Virus record (IMG/VR): IMGVR_UViG_3300013123_000002 | Direction: 5' to 3' (one strand) | From: an uncultured virus (IMG/VR IMGVR_UViG_3300013123_000002) | Taxonomy: Duplodnaviria > Heunggongvirae > Uroviricota > Caudoviricetes | Length of the DNA: 64,000 nt | In this document: piece by piece, positions 57,809-64,000 of the stretch | Layout: the number at the start of each line of letters is the position of its first letter | How positions within the stretch are numbered: the stretch's first letter is position 1 | Notes under the pieces: generated by a model | Database searches by the model: none | Told to the model about the DNA's origin: nothing | The model's input: only the letters and a program-made list of their open reading frames with translations | Program-made: the position numbers and the translations under genes

Positions 57809-58483
57809 TTGAAAGACAATGAAGATACGATATTCGATGATGTAATCGAAGATCAGTCAGACGATCAAGTTGACGAACTTATGCCGTCTTCGGACCTTGT
57901 GGATTTTGGAGCGGACGACTTACCTGAAGAACCGGTGGATGAAGATCAGGAAGAATTGGAAAGACGCAGAGTTGCGTATGCCCAGCTCAAAAAGACCGAT
58001 AAGATCTTCAACAATTCCTACAACATGGGAGGGCAGCAGGCTGAGGAACACGAGGAAATGTCAAGCTCGCGAAGCGAGATCAAGATAGATCCAAGTTCTC
58101 CAGAATTCGTGATGTACGATCGGGACAAGCATTCCGATTATGTTGACGATAAGATAACACAAGTTGACATTCACAATTTCATATCAGAAGCCCCGGAAGT
58201 TCAGGAAATTCTCAGAAAAGAACCGGAGAGAAAAAAATACACCAAGACTGAGATAAACTTCCTCTTTGAGTTCATTAGAGCAGGAATAGGACCGGGATCA
58301 AAGCAGAGCGTCTTTGTCAATCCTATTTACATTTTTGATTCGATTGGGTCACTTACTGGAATAGAGACAAAGAAATTATTTGACATGTTAACTTACGAGA
58401 ACAAGGAAATTTTGCTCGTCGAGCTCGATAAGGATTACCATTTTCTCGACAAAGCATCAAAGGAATTTAGAATTTACGAGTAA
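57809..58483 (+). CDS. Acidic hypothetical protein (TTG start)
   Basis: ORF between the helicase and gp47; its stop overlaps the next ATG. Confidence 0.6.
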   Translation: MKDNEDTIFDDVIEDQSDDQVDELMPSSDLVDFGADDLPEEPVDEDQEELERRRVAYAQLKKTDKIFNNSYNMGGQQAEEHEEMSSSRSEIKIDPSSPEFVMYDRDKHSDYVDDKITQVDIHNFISEAPEVQEILRKEPERKKYTKTEINFLFEFIRAGIGPGSKQSVFVNPIYIFDSIGSLTGIETKKLFDMLTYENKEILLVELDKDYHFLDKASKEFRIYE

Positions 58484-59601
58484 TGAAGCTAACTAACATA
58501 AGATACGTTTACTTAATCGGTGACACTCACTTTGGGATACGCAACAACTCAATTGAGTGGTCTGAGATACAGAAAGACTTTTTCATGAATTTTTTTCTGA
58601 AGAAGATCGATGCTGATTTCGACGAGGCTAGGGACATCTTGGTTTTTGAAGGAGACGTATTTCACTACCGTGAAGCGGTAAACGTCAGAGTCCAGAACGA
58701 AGTTTTGGACCTATTTACTGTTCTAGCTAAAAAGTTCAAACGAGGGGTTTTCACAATAACCGGAAATCACGATACTTACTACAAAGACAAGAGCGAAGTT
58801 CATTCGTTAAGGTCAATCGGAAACTTAGCAGACAACATTCACGTTTTTGAAACGCCTGAGATCCTATCAATAAACAACCAGCACGATTTTTTGATGCTTC
58901 CGTGGGTGGACGATCCAGCCAAAGTGAAGAACATTTTAGTTGATCACCTTAAGTTCTGTCAGTACGTTGTGTGTCACACAGACATCGTCGGTTTCAAGTA
59001 CAACAAGTGGGTAACTATCGAAAAAGGATTAGAAAAAGAATCGTTTGCTGAGTACAAGCGAGTTTACAGCGGGCACATTCACATCAGGCAGGAAAAAGGA
59101 AATATCTTGTACACCGGTTCTCCTTACCAGATGGATAGAGGAGATATCGGAAACACTAGAGGTTTTTACAGGTTGCAAGTTGACACGCCGGAGATACAGG
59201 AACAATTCATACGAAATTCTAAGTCGCCGATCTTTTTAAAGTACGACATTTTCGACATTTTGGACATGCCAAAGTCCGCTATCGTGGAACAATTCTCTAA
59301 TAATTTTGTTGACGTGATGATAAACGTGAAGTTCGCAAACAAATTTCCGGTTCCTCGGTTCTTGGAAGAAATTGCTAATTCAACTCACCGAAGATTGGAA
59401 TTTTTCACGTACACCGATAAGGAAAGGGTCGAAAATACGGCAACCGCCGACGAGTTCGATCCAGACAAAGATTTTAACCTATTCGACATATTCAAAGCAT
59501 ACTTAAAGACCAAGGACTACCCGTTAGATTTTAAGAAAAAGATAGCTTCAAAGTTCGTTGAACTTCACAAAGAAGTGATGGAGGAACAGAACAATGCTTA
59601 A
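58483..59601 (+). CDS. gp47: Mre11/SbcD-like recombination nuclease, T4 gp47-like
   Basis: GDTHFG, GDVF, GNHD and SGHIH metallophosphoesterase motifs. Confidence 0.92.
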   Translation: MKLTNIRYVYLIGDTHFGIRNNSIEWSEIQKDFFMNFFLKKIDADFDEARDILVFEGDVFHYREAVNVRVQNEVLDLFTVLAKKFKRGVFTITGNHDTYYKDKSEVHSLRSIGNLADNIHVFETPEILSINNQHDFLMLPWVDDPAKVKNILVDHLKFCQYVVCHTDIVGFKYNKWVTIEKGLEKESFAEYKRVYSGHIHIRQEKGNILYTGSPYQMDRGDIGNTRGFYRLQVDTPEIQEQFIRNSKSPIFLKYDIFDILDMPKSAIVEQFSNNFVDVMINVKFANKFPVPRFLEEIANSTHRRLEFFTYTDKERVENTATADEFDPDKDFNLFDIFKAYLKTKDYPLDFKKKIASKFVELHKEVMEEQNNA

Positions 59602-60088
59602 CCCATACGTCAGCGATTACGTTTTTGTAAAGAACTTAGGCGGAGCGAATTACGTGGTCCTAGCTAGGACCGACATACCCATGGACGAGATCGTCGAAAT
59701 CTGCCCAGTTTCTATCCTAACTAAGAAAGAGGCAATCATTCTAGGAAAGGTAGTTCCATCGTTTCAGGAAAAGATTTTCACAGATTCCGCTGTTCTGAAA
59801 AAGGAATACGAGCTGCTAGCTGAGCTGAGCGAACTGGAACTAGAAAAACGATTGGACCGAGGCGAGATAACGCCTGACGAATTCAGGAGAATTCTCATGT
59901 CGAAGATGAATCCGACTGCTCTTCTAGAATCAAAGTCTCACGTAGTGATGTTGGGAAACGGAATGCTATACCGAACTAGCGAAATTCCAAACCTTATATG
60001 TGAGTATCATGAGGACAACAAAGTCTGCGTTTTCAAAACAGTTAGGTTCGTTTCTAGAGGGAACGAACTAACTTACTTTAAGCAATAA
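59594..60088 (+). CDS. SET-domain-like protein (degenerate)
   Basis: VLARTDIPMDEIVEICPV ... LGNGMLYRTSEIPN ... FKTVRFVSRGNELT follows the bacterial SET pattern, but NHS is RTS and the terminal Tyr of ELTxxY is missing. Confidence 0.6.
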   Translation: MLNPYVSDYVFVKNLGGANYVVLARTDIPMDEIVEICPVSILTKKEAIILGKVVPSFQEKIFTDSAVLKKEYELLAELSELELEKRLDRGEITPDEFRRILMSKMNPTALLESKSHVVMLGNGMLYRTSEIPNLICEYHEDNKVCVFKTVRFVSRGNELTYFKQ

Positions 60089-60090
60089 CT

Positions 60091-61761
60091 ATGAAGCTAC
60101 TCAACTTTTCATTTAAGAACCTTTGCTCGTACGGAAACAAGGTCCAAGCATTTTCCTTCTCTGAGGATCCACAGTTGATCCTAGTTGAAGGAAAGAACGG
60201 CGGCGGAAAATCCACCATCTCGGATGCTATCACATTTTCGCTCTACGGCAAATCTTCGATACGCAAGACCAAGGAACTGCCGAACCGTTTGAACAAGAAC
60301 GGTTACACTTTCGTAGACTTCATCACGGATAACGGTGATAGAATAGAGATAGAGAGAGGCCTGGAACCTAATTTCTCCAGGCTCGCTATCAACGGAGTAG
60401 AACACAACCTTCCTGACAAAAGAAGGATGGACGACTTTGTCGAAGAGGAACTCGTGAAGATTCCGTTCAACGTTTTTTCCAACACGATAAGTCTCTCGAT
60501 AAACGATTTTAAGAGTTTCGTTAAACTCAGTCCATCTGATAAACGACAGATCATCGATAAGATATTCGGGCTGGAAGTCGTTAATTACATGGCCAAGAAG
60601 AACAAGGAACAGCTGAAGACTTTAAAAGCTGCTCTGTTGACTCTTGATTCATCCATGGAAAGTAACAGAAAAACTCTTGAGAATTCCTTGACCCAACTGA
60701 ACACTATGAAGGAGGATCTTTCGGTTCAGAAAGAAGCTAGAAAGAAGGAAGTAACCGAACGAATCGAACAATTAGCAAAGGACAAGGACTTTTACAAAGA
60801 TAACTATAACAACATCACGAAAGAAGTTCAGACTTTGGAAAAAGCTGTGACTGAAGCTAGGGATGCTAGGACAGCTGCACAGATGAACATCTTGGATTGG
60901 GATAAGAAACTACAGCTCTACAAGAACAATAATAAGTGCCCTCACTGCTTGTCGGATCTCACTGATGCTAACCATTCCAAGATAAAGGATGACATAGTTG
61001 AGCAAAAATCTTCTCAAGAAAAGCAGATTCCAACCCTATCTGAAACTGTGAAGAAAGCCGAAACTGTTCTTTCAGAGAAAAAAGGAGAGCAGGAATTTGC
61101 AAAGAACCGGTTCTACCAGATAGATGCACTGTTAGCCCCGTTAAGAAAGGAACTTTCAGGTTTGAGCATGGAAGAGGATCTCGATACTGACGGCACTAGT
61201 TACCTTGCTGAGGTAGTTGAAACCATAAAGAAAGCTTTGGAAAAAGCAAGCATTGAACGAGATAAGTTGGTTGACCAGATAAAAGTTTCGGTCGAATCGG
61301 AAGATCTTCTTTCTGACAACGGAATGAAACGCATGCTGATGGCCGAGATACTTCCCGTCCTCAACAAGAAACTATTGAGGACCGCTAAGGTTTTGGATTT
61401 TCCGTTTGCTTTCGAGTTCGACATGAATTTCGAGCCAGTCATCACACAATTAGGAGTTCAGATCTCGCCGGACTCACTTTCTACTGGAGAGCAGAAAAAG
61501 ATGAACCTTATAGTCCTGTTAGGAATCATTGAGCTGATAAAGTTGAAGAACAACAGCATCAACCTTCTTTTCTTGGACGAGATATTTTCATCGCTAGATG
61601 TAGAATCGATATACCGGGTGGTTGACCTTCTCAAAACTTTTTCCAAAAAGTATAGGATGACAGTGTTCGTCATTTCGCATTCTCCTCTACCGGAGGAACT
61701 TTTCGATAGAAAATTGTCAGTTCAGAAGGTAGATCACTTCTCAGACATCAAATTTTCGTAA
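60091..61761 (+). CDS. gp46: Rad50/SbcC-like ATPase, T4 gp46-like
   Basis: GKNGGGKST, zinc hook CPHC, LSTGE signature, LFLDEIFSSLD, ISH. Confidence 0.93.
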   Translation: MKLLNFSFKNLCSYGNKVQAFSFSEDPQLILVEGKNGGGKSTISDAITFSLYGKSSIRKTKELPNRLNKNGYTFVDFITDNGDRIEIERGLEPNFSRLAINGVEHNLPDKRRMDDFVEEELVKIPFNVFSNTISLSINDFKSFVKLSPSDKRQIIDKIFGLEVVNYMAKKNKEQLKTLKAALLTLDSSMESNRKTLENSLTQLNTMKEDLSVQKEARKKEVTERIEQLAKDKDFYKDNYNNITKEVQTLEKAVTEARDARTAAQMNILDWDKKLQLYKNNNKCPHCLSDLTDANHSKIKDDIVEQKSSQEKQIPTLSETVKKAETVLSEKKGEQEFAKNRFYQIDALLAPLRKELSGLSMEEDLDTDGTSYLAEVVETIKKALEKASIERDKLVDQIKVSVESEDLLSDNGMKRMLMAEILPVLNKKLLRTAKVLDFPFAFEFDMNFEPVITQLGVQISPDSLSTGEQKKMNLIVLLGIIELIKLKNNSINLLFLDEIFSSLDVESIYRVVDLLKTFSKKYRMTVFVISHSPLPEELFDRKLSVQKVDHFSDIKFS

Positions 61762-61786
61762 ACTAATTCGCAGTAATTAATACAAT
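61760..61786 (+). promoter_or_regulatory. Pre-late promoter AAAC-N17-TACAAT
   Basis: aaac-taattcgcagtaattaa-tacaat. Confidence 0.7.
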
Positions 61787-61798
61787 ATAAAGTAAAGA

Positions 61799-62014
61799 AT
61801 CAAACGATATGGATATACTGTATTTGTTGGAGATCCGTTTGGCGGATATGCTCAAGTTAAATCAAATTTAAGCAAAGAAGATGCTGAAAATCTGTCTACT
61901 GAGATTTCCGCGGAATGCGATTATTTTACAACTACACAAATTCAGCCAGATGGTCATAATTGGATGGGAATAAAAAATCAAGAAAAAACAACTAATGAAA
62001 GTATTTCAAGCTAA
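61799..62014 (+). other. 71-codon reading frame starting with ATC (non-canonical start or pseudogene)
   Basis: IKRYGYTVFVGDPFGGYAQVKSNLSKEDAENL... with no stop until 62012; directly downstream of a promoter. Confidence 0.35.
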
Positions 62015-62879
62015 CACGTTTGCTGAATGTTACAGGGACTCTCTGCATCACGTCATGAACAATTGCCCGGAAAATAATGCCAGGGGTACGATAAGCAAGG
62101 AACAGCTTAACGTTGCTCTAGTAGTCGAAGACCCAAGGTCATGCTTGTACACAAACCCAGCGCGTAGCTCGCAGATGAAATACATTGCCGCTGAATTGGT
62201 ATGGTATTACCTGGGACGGAACGATGTAGCTTTCATTTCCAAGTGGGCAAAGTTTTGGGAACAGATCCAAAACGATGACGGTACAGCTAATTCAGCTTAC
62301 GGCAATCTCATCTTCAGGATGAAAAACCAGCACGGATTTTCGCAGTACCAATGGGCAATGCAATCCCTCATCAAGGATCCCTACACCAGGCAGGCTATCA
62401 TGCACTTTAACATGCCGATACACCAGTACTTTGGAAACAAGGATTTCGTTTGCACCATGAACGTTAACGTTCACATACGCGATAACAAGCTTCACTTGAA
62501 GTTGAACATCAGAAGCAATGACGCTGTTTGGGGAACGCCGACCGACGCTGCTTTCTTCTGTTCTCTTCAGATGCAAATGCTGAATCACTTGAGAACGGTT
62601 TACCCGGATCTTGAGCTTGGAACCTACACGCACGTTGCGGATTCGTACCACGTGTACGATCGTCACTACGAGCTTGTTAACAAAATGTTAGAAAACGATT
62701 TTGTGCCGGTGAAGATGCCGATGGTAAAAAATGACCTGATAAATATTGACGGAGAGCCGACTAACAATCTATTAACTCTGGCTAGCCACATCGAAACAGG
62801 CACACCTGAATTTTTAATCTTCCAGGACGAAGATGATATTTGCGAATGGATTTACAAAAACATCACAAAGACCAAGTAA
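61995..62879 (+). CDS. Thymidylate-synthase-family enzyme, T4 gp42 dCMP hydroxymethylase-like (predicted dCMP-specific)
   Basis: ANSAYG, TRQAI, DFVCT (catalytic Cys), RSND, GTPTD (Asp at the ThyA Asn177 position), SYHVYDRH. Confidence 0.85.
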   Translation: MKVFQANTFAECYRDSLHHVMNNCPENNARGTISKEQLNVALVVEDPRSCLYTNPARSSQMKYIAAELVWYYLGRNDVAFISKWAKFWEQIQNDDGTANSAYGNLIFRMKNQHGFSQYQWAMQSLIKDPYTRQAIMHFNMPIHQYFGNKDFVCTMNVNVHIRDNKLHLKLNIRSNDAVWGTPTDAAFFCSLQMQMLNHLRTVYPDLELGTYTHVADSYHVYDRHYELVNKMLENDFVPVKMPMVKNDLINIDGEPTNNLLTLASHIETGTPEFLIFQDEDDICEWIYKNITKTK

Positions 62880-62881
62880 CA

Positions 62882-63337
62882 ATGAACCCAGCAAAGCAAG
62901 ATCTAGTTGATCACGTTTACATGGAAATGGCCAAATCGTGGTCAAAACTGTCTTACGCGAAGCGTTTGAAAGTAGGAGCTCTCATAGTTAAGAACGGCTC
63001 CATCATATCCGATGGGTACAACGGTACTCCTTCCGGTTTTGAAAATGAGTGTGAGGAAGTGGTCAATGACGAAAATGGAAATTTTGTCGGCTACAGAACT
63101 AAGTGGTACGTTCTCCACGCTGAAGCTAACGCTATTCTCAAGGTTGCTAAATCAACCCAGAGTTGCGATGGTGGAACCCTGTACATCACTAGCTCACCGT
63201 GCGCTGAGTGTAGCAAGTTAATCCTGCAAGCTGGAATAAAACGTCTCGTTTACGAAGAAGAGTACCGAGACATAACAGGCCTCGAATTGCTAAAGAAAGC
63301 CGGAATTGAGATAAAGAAACTAAACCCAGCTGAATGA
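62882..63337 (+). CDS. dCMP deaminase
   Basis: KVGALIV, GYNGTPSG, HAEANAI, SPCAEC; ATG 62882. Confidence 0.93.
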   Translation: MNPAKQDLVDHVYMEMAKSWSKLSYAKRLKVGALIVKNGSIISDGYNGTPSGFENECEEVVNDENGNFVGYRTKWYVLHAEANAILKVAKSTQSCDGGTLYITSSPCAECSKLILQAGIKRLVYEEEYRDITGLELLKKAGIEIKKLNPAE

Positions 63338-63732
63338 TTGAAGATCCAGTAAGAGCTTTACAGGTAGTATTCGTGACTGACCAGAAACAGTTCAGTCAGG
63401 TCTTTCACAAGAAAGGTAAGTCCGACTACTTGCTGAACGTGAATAAGATCATGAGGGATAAGTTCTCTCACGAGATAGTTGTTCCGAATAAGATTCAAGC
63501 GTTTTTGATAAACTACGAGATTAAGAAGATCATCGATAAAGCGATAAACGTTAGGAACCGTAAGTACAAAAGAATCGTTTACATAAACTCAAACCTTACC
63601 ACAAACACGATACTGAACACCATTGATTTTCTGGCAGGAACTTACTCTGACGTTCAGTTCGACCCAGTCTTGGTCGATTTTGACGGGGAGCTTCGAGTTC
63701 CAAATCATGTAAAGATTCTCAAATCACAATAA
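63334..63732 (+). CDS. Hypothetical protein (possibly a degenerate P-loop kinase fold)
   Basis: 132-aa ORF coupled to the deaminase; no intact Walker A. Confidence 0.55.
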   Translation: MIEDPVRALQVVFVTDQKQFSQVFHKKGKSDYLLNVNKIMRDKFSHEIVVPNKIQAFLINYEIKKIIDKAINVRNRKYKRIVYINSNLTTNTILNTIDFLAGTYSDVQFDPVLVDFDGELRVPNHVKILKSQ

Positions 63733-63758
63733 AAAAGGGGCGGTTAAGCCCCTTTTTT
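63731..63758. terminator. Bidirectional rho-independent terminator
   Basis: aaaaaaggggc-ggttaa-gcccctttttt between convergent genes. Confidence 0.85.
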
Positions 63759-63784
63759 GTAAGTGTATAGTAAGTCTTCTGATG

Positions 63785-64000
63785 TTATGCTCCTTCTTCG
63801 GTAGATTCTTCACCTGTTTCCTCGCCGGTTTCCTCGCCGGTGTCTTCAGTTTCTTCTTCCTTGCAAATCTTTTCGAATGCAGCCGCTAGTAATTCGCCAG
63901 CTTCTTCTTTTTCGATTTCCATTTCGGTAACGATCTTGTCAAGTAATTCGTTTAGGTCGTCTCCGTATTCTTCCATGAGCTGTTCGAGTTGTTCTTCGTC
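63785..64000 (-). CDS. Acidic protein, C-terminal fragment (start lies beyond the window)
   Basis: The frame is open from 64000 (DEEQLEQLMEEYGDDL...) to TAA at 63785. Confidence 0.65.
   Translation of the reverse strand, partial: DEEQLEQLMEEYGDDLNELLDKIVTEMEIEKEEAGELLAAAFEKICKEEETEDTGEETGEETGEESTEEGA

Noticed and set aside
41161..62881. Upstream starts in the ORF track (41161, 42577, 51545, 53281, 62840)
   Set aside because: They overlap promoters, terminators or upstream genes; ATGs at 41209, 42610, 51620, 53329 and 62882 are preferred.

Overview
This window is a fragment of a large T4-like myovirus (jumbo/huge phage) that uses the standard genetic code. A Bacteroidota host is inferred from Bacteroidota-type Hc1-like and 3'-5' exonuclease genes and A-rich, Shine-Dalgarno-free leaders. 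The left half (1-34.2 kb, minus strand) is mainly a late virion module. It holds a giant, almost proline-free Gly-X-Y (GSS/GTS) repeat protein of more than 1,922 aa that is absent from the ORF track because it runs off the window, a glycosyltransferase resembling plant peptidyl-serine galactosyltransferase, Thr-rich fibre-like proteins, an amidoligase, a gp14-like neck protein, several large structural proteins, a gp55-like late sigma and a RuvC-like nuclease. The right half (mostly plus strand) holds GroEL, GroES, an S1-like protein, an Hc1-like protein, gp32 SSB, RNase H, tail sheath (minus), dUTPase, the N-terminal half of a split family B polymerase, UvsX/RecA, gp41 helicase, gp47/gp46 with a SET-like gene between them, a dCMP-type thymidylate-synthase homologue and dCMP deaminase. 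Two promoter classes can be read from the DNA: late nATAAATA and pre-late AAAC-N17-TAnAA(T/G). The top hypothesis is a phage-encoded Ser/Thr O-glycosylation system for a very long collagen-like fibre and mucin-like virion proteins. Other leads are a dCMP-(hydroxy)methylase plus deaminase pair, a late structured ncRNA candidate and T4-like capsid-targeting peptides. All family calls come from motif recognition by eye; no database search was run.
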